Part shown: positions 10,783 through 20,385 of the stretch, in pieces
Layout of the letters: every line of letters starts with the position of its first letter
Numbering within the stretch: position 1 is the stretch's first letter
Origin: Burkholderiales bacterium
GTDB lineage: Bacteria > Pseudomonadota > Gammaproteobacteria > Burkholderiales > Burkholderiaceae_C
Direction of reading: 5' to 3'
Length of the DNA: 58,595 bases
Assembly: GCA_038213665.1 (NCBI GenBank)
Contig: JBBQSS010000001.1
Span: 1 to 58,595, forward strand
Notes under the pieces: model-generated
Told to the model about the DNA's origin: nothing
The model's database searches: none
The model's input: only the letters and a program-made list of their open reading frames with translations
Made by a program: the position numbers and the translations under genes

Positions 10783-12093
10783 TTAGTTTTGCGCCATCAA
10801 TTCATCAAAGGAAAGTGCTTTTTCGCTCACCTTGGCTCTGGAGAGCACAAAGTCAGTCACATTGTTTTCCAACACCATGGATTCAACTTCCGCCAAACGG
10901 TTGTTGTCACTGAGGTACCAACGCTCCACCTCAGAGGGCTGCTCATAACTGGCAGCCAACTCCTGAATGTGTGCCTTGATCTGATCCATAGTGGCTTGCA
11001 GGCTGTTGGCTCGCACCAACTCGGCAACAACCAGACCCAAACGCACACGGCGCTCAGCTTGCGGCTTGAACACGTCGTCAGGAATGGTGATCTTGTCAGC
11101 GTCTTTGATGCCGCGTTGCTTCAGGTCAGCGCGTGCACCTTCCAGCAAACGACCGATCTCTGCCTGCACACTGGCGTTCGGTAAGTCCAGTTCAGCCTTG
11201 GACACCAAAGCGTCCATCACCGCTGTCTTGTTGCGCGCCAGCAAGCGGAACTTGACTTCGCGTTCCAAATTTTTCTTGACGTCAGCGTGCAGACCTTCAA
11301 CCGTCGCATCGTCAATGCCAAGCGATTTGGCCAGCGCTTCATTCACTTCTGGCAAGTGCGCCGCTTCAATTTTTTTCACAGTGACCATGAAGTCAGCGGT
11401 TTTGCCGGCCACGTCCTTGCCGTGGTAATCGACCGGAAACGCCAGCGGAAAAGTTTTGCTCTCGCCGGATTTCATACCGCGCGTGGCCTCTTCAAATTCC
11501 TTGAGCATCTGGCCGTCGCCCAGAATGAACTGGAAATCTTCAGCCTTGCCGCCAGAGAAGGTCTCGCCGTCAATCTTGCCTTCAAAGTCAACGGTCACGC
11601 GGTCACCATCTTCAGCTGCAGCGTCGTGCGGGCGCTGTGAAAAGGTACGACGCTGCTTGCGCAGGATGTCAACGGTCTTCTCAATGGCTTCGCCAGACAC
11701 TTCCGTGGTCACTTTTTCGACCTCGGCGGTGCTCAGGTCGCCAATCTTGACTTCTGGAAAAACTTCAAACACGGCCTCAAAGGTCAGTTCGCCTGCCGGG
11801 GCGCCTTCTTTTTCATTGATTTTGGGCTGACCAGCTACACGCAGCTGGGCTTCGTTGGCGGCATTGAAGAAGGCCTCGCCAACCTTGTCATTCATGACTT
11901 CGTACTGCACGTTGTAGCCATAACGCTGGGCCACCACAGTCATGGGCACCTTGCCTGGACGAAACCCATCCATTTTGACGGTGCGCGCGAGTTTCTTCAG
12001 CCGTGTGTTTACCTCGGATTGAATGACGTCAACGGGCAAGCTCAAAATCATTTTGCGCTCAAGCTTTTCAAGGGTTTCTACAGCAACTGCCAT
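10783..12093 (-). CDS. tig: Trigger factor
   Basis: GFRPGKVP ribosome-binding motif, FKBP domain. Confidence 0.97.
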   Translation of the reverse strand: MAVAVETLEKLERKMILSLPVDVIQSEVNTRLKKLARTVKMDGFRPGKVPMTVVAQRYGYNVQYEVMNDKVGEAFFNAANEAQLRVAGQPKINEKEGAPAGELTFEAVFEVFPEVKIGDLSTAEVEKVTTEVSGEAIEKTVDILRKQRRTFSQRPHDAAAEDGDRVTVDFEGKIDGETFSGGKAEDFQFILGDGQMLKEFEEATRGMKSGESKTFPLAFPVDYHGKDVAGKTADFMVTVKKIEAAHLPEVNEALAKSLGIDDATVEGLHADVKKNLEREVKFRLLARNKTAVMDALVSKAELDLPNASVQAEIGRLLEGARADLKQRGIKDADKITIPDDVFKPQAERRVRLGLVVAELVRANSLQATMDQIKAHIQELAASYEQPSEVERWYLSDNNRLAEVESMVLENNVTDFVLSRAKVSEKALSFDELMAQN

Positions 12094-12228
12094 GGTGTTT
12101 CTCCAGATATAAATGTGAGAACGGCGCCCATCGCCCAGCGATGAACAGCCTTCCTGTCACTAACACAAACAATAAAAGCCAACACACCGGTGCCAAGCAG
12201 CGGTGCGCCATCAGGCAAATGCTCATCG

Positions 12229-12315
12229 TGGTGCGCGGGGCGGGACTCGAACCCGCACATCCTTGCGGACGTCAGGACCTAAACCTGGTGCGTCTACCAA
12301 TTTCGCCACCCGCGC
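12229..12315 (-). tRNA. tRNA-Leu (UAG)
   Basis: CCAGGTTTAGGTCCTG anticodon arm, variable arm, CCA. Confidence 0.95.
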
Positions 12316-12404
12316 AAACTAAATGGGGCGGTTATTACAACCACCCCTTGAAATAGGTCAACGCAAGATTTTAACCCGCCTGCAACCCCGAACTCCCAGC
12401 TTTG

Positions 12405-15400
12405 TCACAAGGCAGTCACTCGGCTAGTGGGCGTTACCCTGAACCACGCGGCGTACATGGCGGGCAGTGCCAGCAAAGTCAGCACCGTGGCCACAATCAA
12501 CCCACCCATGATGGCCACCGCCATCGGCCCCCAGAAGACCGAGCGCGACAGCGGAATCATGGCCAGCACAGCGGCTGCAGCGGTCAACACAATCGGGCGC
12601 GCGCGCCGCACGGTCGACTCCACAATCGCATCCCAGGTCGGCACACCCCGGGCGCGATCCTGCTCAATCTGGTCAATCAAAATCACCGAGTTGCGTTGAA
12701 TCATGCCCATCAAGGCAATCACGCCCAACAAGGCCACAAAGCCAAACGGGCGATTCAGCAGCAGCAAGGCACCCGCCACGCCGGCAATACCCATCGGGCC
12801 GGTCAGAAACACCAGCATGGCGCGGCTAAAACTGTGCAGTTGCAGCATCAGCAGCGTAAAAATGATGAACATCATGATGGGCACCCCGGCCACGATCGAA
12901 GCCGAGCCTTTGGCGCTTTCTTCGACCGCGCCCGCCACCTCAATGCGAAAACCGGTCAGCCCATCTGCCAGCCACCGGGCTTCCAGCGCCTTCAATGTGG
13001 GCAGCAGCGCCTTGGTGACAGTCGCCCCCTGCAGCCCTTCCACCACATCGCTTTGCACCGTGATGGCGTAGGCGCGGTTTTCGCGCCACATCACGCCCGG
13101 TTCCCAGGCAAACACCGGTTTGGCGATTTGCGTCAGCGGAATCGACCGACCCGACGCCGTGGGCAGGTAGGCATTGCCAATGTCGGAGATGGCCTGGCGC
13201 TCCTGCAGCGGCTGACGCAGCACGATATCGATCAACTTGTCGCCCTCGCGGAACTGCCCCACGGTGGAGCCCACCAGCATGGTACGTGCGGCCTGTGCAA
13301 TGGACTGACTGCTGACACCCAGCGCCCGTGCCTTGGCCTGGTCCACCTCCAGACGCATGACCTTGACAGACTCATTCCAGTTGTCGTTCACGCCCCTGGT
13401 GTTGGGGCTGGCGCGCATGGCAGCCTTGACCTCGTCGGCCCGCTCGCGCAAGCCCTGCAACTCGGCCCCCACCACACGAAACTGCACCGGGTACGGCACG
13501 GGCGGCCCGTTGGCCAGCAGCTTTACACGCGAGCGCACCTCCGGAAACTCAGTGGCAAGGAGCGCAGGCAGCTTCAGGCGCAGCGATTCGCGCACCTTCA
13601 AATCCTTTGGCGCAACAATGAACTGCGTCACATTGGTTTGGGGAAACACTTGGTCAATCGGCAAATAAAAGCGCGGCACGCCCGAACCGACCCAGGTGCT
13701 GACCATGTTGACGCCCTCCTCGCGCATCAGGCGCGCCTCCAGACGTTGGGCGGTGGCCTGGTTGGCGGCAAACGAGGTGCCCTCCGGGAACCAGATGTCC
13801 ACCATGATTTCAGGCCGGCTCGAATCCGGAAAAAACTGCTGTTGCACCCGGCCCATGCCCACAATGCCCAAGGCAAAGGTCAGCAGCATGGCGCCAATAG
13901 TCAGCCAGCGGTGCAGCACACACCAACTCACCGCGCGGCGAAAGCCGTTGTAAAACGGCGAATCGAACATCTCGTGCGCCACGCTGTCTTCGCCCTGCAC
14001 AAGCCCGGCCACCAACGGCGTGTGCGGCTTGACCTTGAGCAACAGCACGCCCAGGTAAGGCACAAAATACACCGACACCAGCCAGCTCAGCACCAGCGCA
14101 ATCGTGGTCACAGCAAAAATTGAAAAAGTGAACTCTCCCACTGTGGAGCGCGCGATGCCAATCGGCAGAAAACCGGCTGCCGTGATCAGCGTGCCGGTCA
14201 GCATTGGCATGGCGGTGATTTCGTAAGCAAAGGTGGCGGCGCGCACCTTGTCATAGCCCTCTTCCATCTTGCGCACCATCATCTCCACGGCAATGATGGC
14301 GTCATCCACCAACAAGCCCAGCGCGATGATGAGCGAGCCGAGCGAGATTTTGTGCAAGCCAATGCCCCAGTAATTCATGGCCAGAAAGGTCACCGCCAGC
14401 ACCAGCGGAATGGTGATGCCCACCACCAGACCGGGGCGCATGTCGATGTACCAACGCCGGTACCAGGGGTGAACACCCGGGCGCCGATGCAAGCCCAGGG
14501 CTATAAAACTCACCGCCAGCACGATCAGCACCGCCTCCACCAGCACGCTGACAAACTCGTTGACTGACCTGGCCACGGCCTTGGGCTGGTCCTGCAACTG
14601 CACCAGGCGCACCCCCACCGGCAGCGTTTTTTCCAGGCTGGCGGTGGCGGTCACCAGCGCCTTGCCCATGGCAATGATGTCGCCACCCTTGGCCATCGAC
14701 ACCCCCAGCGCAATCACCTCCTTGCCCTGATGGCGCACCTTGACACTCGGCGGATCAACATAGCCTCGCGTGATCGAGGCGATATCGCCCAGTCGCAGCT
14801 GGCTGCCCCCGGCGCTGCTGCCCACGCCATAACCAGCGCCGCGAATCGGCATGGCCGCCAAATCTTCCAGCGTGTTGAACTGTCCTCCGACGCGCACCTG
14901 CACCACATCCAGCGGCGTTTGCACGGCACCGGCTGACTCCACCGCGTTTTGCTGGCCGAGTTGTGCCAGCACCTGCGCCATGTCTAGCCCAAGCTGGGCC
15001 AGGCGCTTTTGCGAGATCTCGACAAACAGCTTTTCATCCTGCACGCCAAACAACTCCACCTTGGCGACATGCGTCACGCGCAGCAGCTTTTGGCGCACCT
15101 CGTCAGCAAATGTCTTGAGCTCGGCTTGGCTGAAGCCATCAGACTCAAGCGCGTAAATTACGCCAAACACATCACCAAACTCGTCGTTGAAAAACGGCCC
15201 CTGGACCCCGGCAGGCAGCGTGCCCCGCATGTCACCCACTTTTTTGCGCACGCTGTACCAGATGCTGGCCACCTCGCTGGCCTTGGACGAATCCTTGATC
15301 TGAAAAATAATTTGCGACTCGCCGGGCTTGGAATAGCTGCGAATTTTGTCGGCGTAAGGCACCTCTTGCAACGTGCGCTCAATCTTGTCGGTGACCTGCT

Positions 15401-15608
15401 CGGCCACCTGCTGCGCCGTGGCGCCCGGCCAATAGGTGCGCACCACCATGGCACGAAACGTAAAAGGCGGGTCTTCATCCTGCCCCAGCTGGAAATAGGC
15501 CGCCAGGCCCAGCAGCATCAGCACAATCATCAAATAACGGGTGAACGCTGCATGCTCCAGCGCCCAGCGGGAAAGGTTGAAACCCGCGTCTGCTTGTTCT
15601 TGGTTCAT
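12405..15608 (-). CDS. RND efflux transporter permease (AcrB/AcrD/AcrF family)
   Basis: FNLSRWAL start, GLLVDDAII motif, RARPIVLT; about 1070 aa. Confidence 0.93.
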   Translation of the reverse strand: MNQEQADAGFNLSRWALEHAAFTRYLMIVLMLLGLAAYFQLGQDEDPPFTFRAMVVRTYWPGATAQQVAEQVTDKIERTLQEVPYADKIRSYSKPGESQIIFQIKDSSKASEVASIWYSVRKKVGDMRGTLPAGVQGPFFNDEFGDVFGVIYALESDGFSQAELKTFADEVRQKLLRVTHVAKVELFGVQDEKLFVEISQKRLAQLGLDMAQVLAQLGQQNAVESAGAVQTPLDVVQVRVGGQFNTLEDLAAMPIRGAGYGVGSSAGGSQLRLGDIASITRGYVDPPSVKVRHQGKEVIALGVSMAKGGDIIAMGKALVTATASLEKTLPVGVRLVQLQDQPKAVARSVNEFVSVLVEAVLIVLAVSFIALGLHRRPGVHPWYRRWYIDMRPGLVVGITIPLVLAVTFLAMNYWGIGLHKISLGSLIIALGLLVDDAIIAVEMMVRKMEEGYDKVRAATFAYEITAMPMLTGTLITAAGFLPIGIARSTVGEFTFSIFAVTTIALVLSWLVSVYFVPYLGVLLLKVKPHTPLVAGLVQGEDSVAHEMFDSPFYNGFRRAVSWCVLHRWLTIGAMLLTFALGIVGMGRVQQQFFPDSSRPEIMVDIWFPEGTSFAANQATAQRLEARLMREEGVNMVSTWVGSGVPRFYLPIDQVFPQTNVTQFIVAPKDLKVRESLRLKLPALLATEFPEVRSRVKLLANGPPVPYPVQFRVVGAELQGLRERADEVKAAMRASPNTRGVNDNWNESVKVMRLEVDQAKARALGVSSQSIAQAARTMLVGSTVGQFREGDKLIDIVLRQPLQERQAISDIGNAYLPTASGRSIPLTQIAKPVFAWEPGVMWRENRAYAITVQSDVVEGLQGATVTKALLPTLKALEARWLADGLTGFRIEVAGAVEESAKGSASIVAGVPIMMFIIFTLLMLQLHSFSRAMLVFLTGPMGIAGVAGALLLLNRPFGFVALLGVIALMGMIQRNSVILIDQIEQDRARGVPTWDAIVESTVRRARPIVLTAAAAVLAMIPLSRSVFWGPMAVAIMGGLIVATVLTLLALPAMYAAWFRVTPTSRVTAL

Positions 15609-15615
15609 GGCTGGT

Positions 15616-16806
15616 TCACTTTGGCGCTGCAGGGCTGGGCACACTGGCTGCGGTGGTCGTTATTGCTATCGAATTAATAGCTTCTAGCGCTTTTAGAACG
15701 GGGGCTAGAGGCATATTTTGCTTATAAACCGTGACTTTTTGGCCTGCATGCAGCACATGCACCCCGGCCACCACCACCTGCATGCCTGGCGCCAAACCAC
15801 CGACCACAACCACATCGCTGCCATCGGCCGTGACCACTTGCACCGGTACCAGATTGACCGTCATGCTGGCAGCATCAAACAGCCAGACGGCGGTGGCGGC
15901 GCCATCCTGGCGCAAGGCGCTGGTGGGCAGCTTGATCACAGGCACCGCACTGCGGCTCAGTGCCTGCGGCAGCACGGCTACGGTGCTGCCAAGCGCCGGC
16001 ATCTCATTGCCAGAGAGCGCCGCCTTCACCAAAAAGGTTCGTGTGACCGGATCGGCACTGGCGGCCACCTCACGCACCCGCCCCTTGAACGTGGCGCCGG
16101 ACGACCAGGCGCGCACCTGCACCTCAGAGCCCGGTTTGATGGCTGCGACCTTGTCTTCGGGCACGGCAAACACCACATCACGCGCGCCATCCTGAGCAAT
16201 CTGCAACACCGGGCTACCCGCAGCCACCACCTGGCCACGCTCGGCCAGCACCGCAGTGACCACGCCAGACATATCGGCACGCAAGGCAGCGTAACTGGCC
16301 TGATTGCCTTGCCCGGCCAGTTGCGCCTGCGCCTGATCAAGCTGCGCTTGCGCCGCTTTGAGCACCGCGTCACGCCGCTCCATCTCTGCGCCGCTGATGA
16401 AGTTTTGATCTTTCAACTCTTTGTAACGCTTGACATCTGCCGCTGCCAGGTCACGGTTGGTGCGCGTCGCAGCCAACTGGGCGCGCCCAGCGTCCGCTGC
16501 CAACTTGAGGTCTTGCGGATCCAGCTGCGCCAGCAACTGCCCGGCTTTCACGCGCTGCCCCGCTTCAACCGGCCGGTCAATGATCTTGCCACCCACCCGA
16601 AAGGCCAGGCGCGACTCAGCCCGGGCTTTCACCTCGCCGGCATACTCCAGCCTGCTTTGCACTACTTGCACACCTACCGTCATGAGCTTGACGGCACGAA
16701 TGGGTTCCTCCTGCGAAGCAGGCTTGCCGCACGCTGCCAGCAAAACGACGGCCGCTATAGTTGCCGCAAAGCGGTGAAACCGCACACACCTAACAAATGC
16801 ATTCAT
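15616..16806 (-). CDS. RND periplasmic adaptor (MFP) lipoprotein
   Basis: LLAAC lipobox, FRVGGKI, ADPVTRTF. Confidence 0.92.
   Translation of the reverse strand: MNAFVRCVRFHRFAATIAAVVLLAACGKPASQEEPIRAVKLMTVGVQVVQSRLEYAGEVKARAESRLAFRVGGKIIDRPVEAGQRVKAGQLLAQLDPQDLKLAADAGRAQLAATRTNRDLAAADVKRYKELKDQNFISGAEMERRDAVLKAAQAQLDQAQAQLAGQGNQASYAALRADMSGVVTAVLAERGQVVAAGSPVLQIAQDGARDVVFAVPEDKVAAIKPGSEVQVRAWSSGATFKGRVREVAASADPVTRTFLVKAALSGNEMPALGSTVAVLPQALSRSAVPVIKLPTSALRQDGAATAVWLFDAASMTVNLVPVQVVTADGSDVVVVGGLAPGMQVVVAGVHVLHAGQKVTVYKQNMPLAPVLKALEAINSIAITTTAASVPSPAAPK
15664..15728 (+). repeat. Fixed-spacing motif, copy 2 (inside the MFP CDS 3' end)
   Basis: GCTA-TCGAATTAA-TAGC-TTCTA-GCGC-TTTTAGAACGG-GGGC-TAGAGGCA. 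Confidence 0.85.
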
Positions 16807-16830
16807 GAACGCGCACTTTCAAATAAACCA

Positions 16831-16856
16831 AATTAATGACCAATCGGTTATTAATT
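16831..16856. promoter_or_regulatory. Palindromic operator, TetR-type candidate
   Basis: AATTAATGACC-AATC-GGTTATTAATT just upstream of the MFP start. Confidence 0.6.
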
Positions 16857-16956
16857 CTAATAACTTCTTGCGGGGTGTCAATTCAGGCCAGCCTGGCCCG
16901 CAGCGGCATGACCTTGTCCTCACCCAGCGCCCAATTTATATGAACTGCGACGCGCC

Positions 16957-17889
16957 ATGAGCAGGCCGCCACCCGCCCACGCGCCGGCCGCAACGCCCAA
17001 CGCCAAGCCTGCTGTCGGACTCAACGCCGGGCCAATTTCCCACTACGAAAATTTTCCGGTGGCCTCGTTCCTGTGTCCGCCACGCCTGCGCCCTGCCATT
17101 GTGGCCATTTACCACTTTGCGCGCACCGCAGACGACTTGGCCGATGAAGGCGACATCACCGCCAGCGAACGGCTGGCTGACTTGGCCCGCTACCGCGCCG
17201 ACCTTCACGCGGTGGCCCAGCGCCAAGCCCACAGCGGCGAATGGCCGCAGGTGTTTGACCCGCTGGCCGATGTGATCCGGGTGTTTCAGTTACCCGTGCC
17301 GCTTCTGGCTGACTTGTTGGATGCCTTTGCGCAAGACATTCGCTTCACCTTTGACCAGCGCCGCTACGCCACCGACGCAGAATTGTTGAACTACTGCAAC
17401 CGCTCAGCCAACCCGGTGGGGCGTTTGTTACTGCACTTGTATGGCGTGACTGACGCGGCATCACTGGCGCAAAGCGACCAGATTTGTACAGCCCTGCAAC
17501 TCATCAACTTCTGGCAAGACGTGAGCGTGGACGTGGCCCGTGGCCGCTGGTACCCAAGCCTGCAGGCCATGGCCGAGTTTGACGTGCGCGATGTTGATTT
17601 ACAGCCCCACAGCGGCGCCAATAACGCAACAAAATTAATAGCTGCTTACGCAAGCCAGTCAAGGGCTACGATGCTAAAAGGCTCAAAACTTGTACACCAA
17701 CTTCCAGGACGCGCTGGTTGGGAACTGCGGCTGGTGGTGCAAGGCGGCCTCAGGATTTTGGACAAAATTGAAGCGCTGAACTTTGCCACCTGGCGAATGC
17801 GCCCCAAGCTGACGGCCTGGGACATCCCGGTGATGGTCTGGCGGGCATTGTGGATGCGCGCAAGCCCATCAGGTACAGCCCCTGAGTAG
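16957..17889 (+). CDS. hpnC: Squalene/hydroxysqualene synthase HpnC
   Basis: HYENFPVAS, ARTADDLADEG, LQLINFWQD. Confidence 0.92.
   Translation: MSRPPPAHAPAATPNAKPAVGLNAGPISHYENFPVASFLCPPRLRPAIVAIYHFARTADDLADEGDITASERLADLARYRADLHAVAQRQAHSGEWPQVFDPLADVIRVFQLPVPLLADLLDAFAQDIRFTFDQRRYATDAELLNYCNRSANPVGRLLLHLYGVTDAASLAQSDQICTALQLINFWQDVSVDVARGRWYPSLQAMAEFDVRDVDLQPHSGANNATKLIAAYASQSRATMLKGSKLVHQLPGRAGWELRLVVQGGLRILDKIEALNFATWRMRPKLTAWDIPVMVWRALWMRASPSGTAPE
17625..17688 (+). repeat. Fixed-spacing motif, copy 3 (inside hpnC)
   Basis: GCAA-CAAAATTAA-TAGC-TGCTT-ACGC-AAGCCAGTCAA-GGGC-TAC. Confidence 0.75.
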
Positions 17890-17976
17890 GGTAGCTGCCG
17901 GGTTCACTCCATTAAATGTGCACATGGACATCGTATGGAGAAGCACAAGACATGCCCATACTGATTGACAGAGAGG

Positions 17977-18148
17977 ATCGCCGCATAGGATGTTGAAGAC
18001 AATCCGGCTGAACAACTCCCGCAATATGGTCTTGGTATCTGTAAAACGATGGCGGAGATCATCCACCCGTTTTTCTTAACTGGCATAGGCTGCCATCGAT
18101 TTCATCGAGTTCCAGTATCGTCAACGCGCAAACCATTGCGCGCCTGCG
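17977..18148 (-). pseudogene. HipA-family toxin kinase internal fragment
   Basis: RRAMVCALTILELDE / frameshift / MAAYAS*EKRVDDLRHRFTDTKTILRELFSRIVFNILCG; broken before the NxDxHxxN catalytic loop. Confidence 0.7.
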
Positions 18149-18256
18149 CACCGTGTAGGCAAGGTGTTTCACTCAAGGCGTCTTTGACGTCGCAAAGATG
18201 CGGGACTCAGTGATTTGGTAGTCCATGGAGAGCCCTCCACGCTTTGGCTTCCAATT

Positions 18257-18290
18257 GAAAAAACCCAGCATAAAAGCTGGGTTTTTCGAA
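18257..18290. terminator. Bidirectional terminator downstream of the phasin
   Basis: aaaaaacccagc-ataaaa-gctgggttttt. Confidence 0.75.
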
Positions 18291-18308
18291 ATACAAGAAG
18301 GTCGCTAA

Positions 18309-18782
18309 TTAGCGGGCCTTTTTTGCTTTGGACGCAGATGCCACAGCTGCCGCACCTTTTTCCATGACAGAGTCGAGCGTGCTTTCGGCAGTCGTTGCAG
18401 CTGCTTTCAGGTTCTTGGCTACAGGCGCAAAAGCTTCGGGTGCCGGATGGGCTTTTCCGACAGCATCAACCGTGCTGTGAAACTGGCCAACACTCAAGGA
18501 AGTTGCTTCTTTCAGGTTCTGAGCAAACATGGCCATGCCAGCTTCGGCCGAAGCCTTCATGATTTCAAAAGCGGCCTGAGTATCCTTGACGTCCTTGATA
18601 GACGCCATGGTTTCGGTAATAACTGCTTGCACTTCTTTAGCCTGATGTTGAGCCAAGTCAGCCCATGCCTTCAGGTTTTCCTGCACTGGCTTGACAGCGT
18701 CTTGCATTGAAGTGGCATTGAAATTGGGTGCCGATTCCGACAAGGTCTTGGCGATGGCTTCGAAGGGAGTGTTCTTGAACAT
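18309..18782 (-). CDS. Phasin-like (PHA granule) protein
   Basis: Ala/Lys-rich helical 157-aa protein; PhaR-type TGC-rich site upstream. Confidence 0.65.
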   Translation of the reverse strand: MFKNTPFEAIAKTLSESAPNFNATSMQDAVKPVQENLKAWADLAQHQAKEVQAVITETMASIKDVKDTQAAFEIMKASAEAGMAMFAQNLKEATSLSVGQFHSTVDAVGKAHPAPEAFAPVAKNLKAAATTAESTLDSVMEKGAAAVASASKAKKAR

Positions 18783-18801
18783 GGGGTAGCCTTTGGTATA
18801 A

Positions 18802-18819
18802 ATGTTGCAGTGCAGCAAT
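18802..18819. promoter_or_regulatory. PhaR-like operator
   Basis: ATGTTGCAGTGCAGCAAT, the TGC-repeat pattern typical of phasin promoters. Confidence 0.55.
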
Positions 18820-19009
18820 TATAACCGACCATCCAGTGCGTGCCTGTCCAAAACAGAATCGACCGCAATCCTGGGGTGACTACGGGACGGATTGGTCAAA
18901 TCTCTCTTTCAACGCGTCATGCATCCTGGCGCCAATGGTCATTGGTGAAAAAATCTTGTTAACCTGCTTTGGCAACTGCCTGGCCCAGTCAGAGCCGGCC
19001 GACGCTCCG

Positions 19010-19325
19010 GGCCGCGCGCATCAGGCGGGCACTGGCTGGTGAACTCGCGCCAGCCAGCATCACGGGCTTGCTGTTCATGGTCTTGGGCACCAGACTGGTC
19101 TGCCGCAGCAAACGCCTTCTGAAAAGCCCGAATCACGGCAAAAGGGTTTTTGCGCGCCAGGTAAGAATTAAAGTCAAAAATGAACCAGAACAAAAACCGC
19201 TTGGCCAGCAGCCCCGGCGGGCGCCGCAGTGTTTTATTCATGCGCACCACACTCACCGGCAACGGCATCAGGGTCACGGGCTGGTCAGTCTCAGCACTGA
19301 AAATGGTTTGTGTAAAGCGCGTAGC
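19010..19325 (-). pseudogene. Glycosyltransferase (GT4-like) fragment
   Basis: ATRFTQTIF..PVTLMPLPV..FDFNSYLARKNPFAVIRAFQKAF, then a frameshift to LVPKTMN; no intact N- or C-terminus. Confidence 0.6.
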
Positions 19326-19413
19326 CCTGAACAGTTACCCGCGAAAAGCGCCGCGCTGATGTGCAAGGGGTGCAGCAGGCACATGTAGCCGCTGCTTACA
19401 AGGGTGTTTACAT

Positions 19414-19451
19414 GAAAAAAAGCCCGCTATGTTTAAATTAGCAGGCTTTTT
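19414..19451 (-). terminator. Terminator downstream of tRNA-Lys
   Basis: aaaaaaagcccgcta...tagcaggcttttt hairpin. Confidence 0.6.
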
Positions 19452-19471
19452 ATACCCTGTAAGGGCTTAAC

Positions 19472-19547
19472 TGGTGGGATGTGCGGGGGTCGAACCCACG
19501 ACAAACGGATTAAAAGTCCGCTGCTCTACCAACTGAGCTAACATCCC
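19472..19547 (-). tRNA. tRNA-Lys (UUU)
   Basis: GGACTTTTAATCC anticodon arm, CCA. Confidence 0.95.
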
Positions 19548-19607
19548 GTTTCTTCTAAGCAGTGTGTGCTTGGAAGCCTCAAATTATAAACAATTTATGA
19601 CCACTCT

Positions 19608-20357
19608 TTAAAGACTTGCTGCCAATTTATTCAAAATAACGCCTGCGGCACATTGCCCAAACGTTGCCGTGACCGTCACCAATGAGCCAAAGCCATGGCA
19701 GTTCAATGATCCGTCGCCAGAAACCCCACAAGAAGCATCGGGCGGTGCTACGGCCTCTCGACTGAAGACACATGTCACGCCCATTTTTTTACCCTCGCGC
19801 GCTGCCGCGTGTTCTTTGCGTAACTGGTAGCGCACCTTGGCCAGAAGTGGATCATGCGTAACTTCCACCATGTCTGCCACGGTCACCAACTGGGCGTGCC
19901 GTTTACCCCCGGCAGCACCCACCGCCACGTGAGCGACCCTGGCGCTGATGGCCCATGCCGCCATACTGGTTTTGGCACTGGATTGGTCGCAGGCATCCAC
20001 GACCGCATTCACACCCGCCGACAATATGCCGGGCCAATTGTCCGGCTCTGCAAAGGCCTCTACACAATTGACCTGGCACTGGGGGAAAAAAGAGTGAATA
20101 CGCTCTTGCATGGCATGGACTTTTGCCTTACCAAGGCTCGCTTCGGTCGCATGAATCTGACGGTTGATGTTTGACTCAGCCACCTGGTCGAAATCAATCA
20201 AGGTCAATTGACCCACGCCACTGCGCGCCAGAGCCTCAGCCACCCAGGAACCCACCCCGCCGATACCAATGACCGCCACGTGCGCATCACGAATACGCTG
20301 CGCACCGCTGAGACCAAACAAGCGGTCGATGCCACCAAATCGACGATCCCCGGTCAT
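19608..20357 (-). CDS. tcdA: tRNA threonylcarbamoyladenosine dehydratase (ThiF family)
   Basis: GIGGVGSW, SNINRQ, DPLLAKVR. Confidence 0.85.
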   Translation of the reverse strand: MTGDRRFGGIDRLFGLSGAQRIRDAHVAVIGIGGVGSWVAEALARSGVGQLTLIDFDQVAESNINRQIHATEASLGKAKVHAMQERIHSFFPQCQVNCVEAFAEPDNWPGILSAGVNAVVDACDQSSAKTSMAAWAISARVAHVAVGAAGGKRHAQLVTVADMVEVTHDPLLAKVRYQLRKEHAAAREGKKMGVTCVFSREAVAPPDASCGVSGDGSLNCHGFGSLVTVTATFGQCAAGVILNKLAASL

Positions 20358-20385
20358 GGGTAACTTATGTTTGACAACGGGCCGG

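Noticed and set aside
12402-14123. 573-aa plus-strand ORF, and similar long ORFs at 15718-16836, 32415-33644 and 53023-54405
   Set aside because: Antisense shadows of well-supported GC-rich genes, with no recognisable motifs
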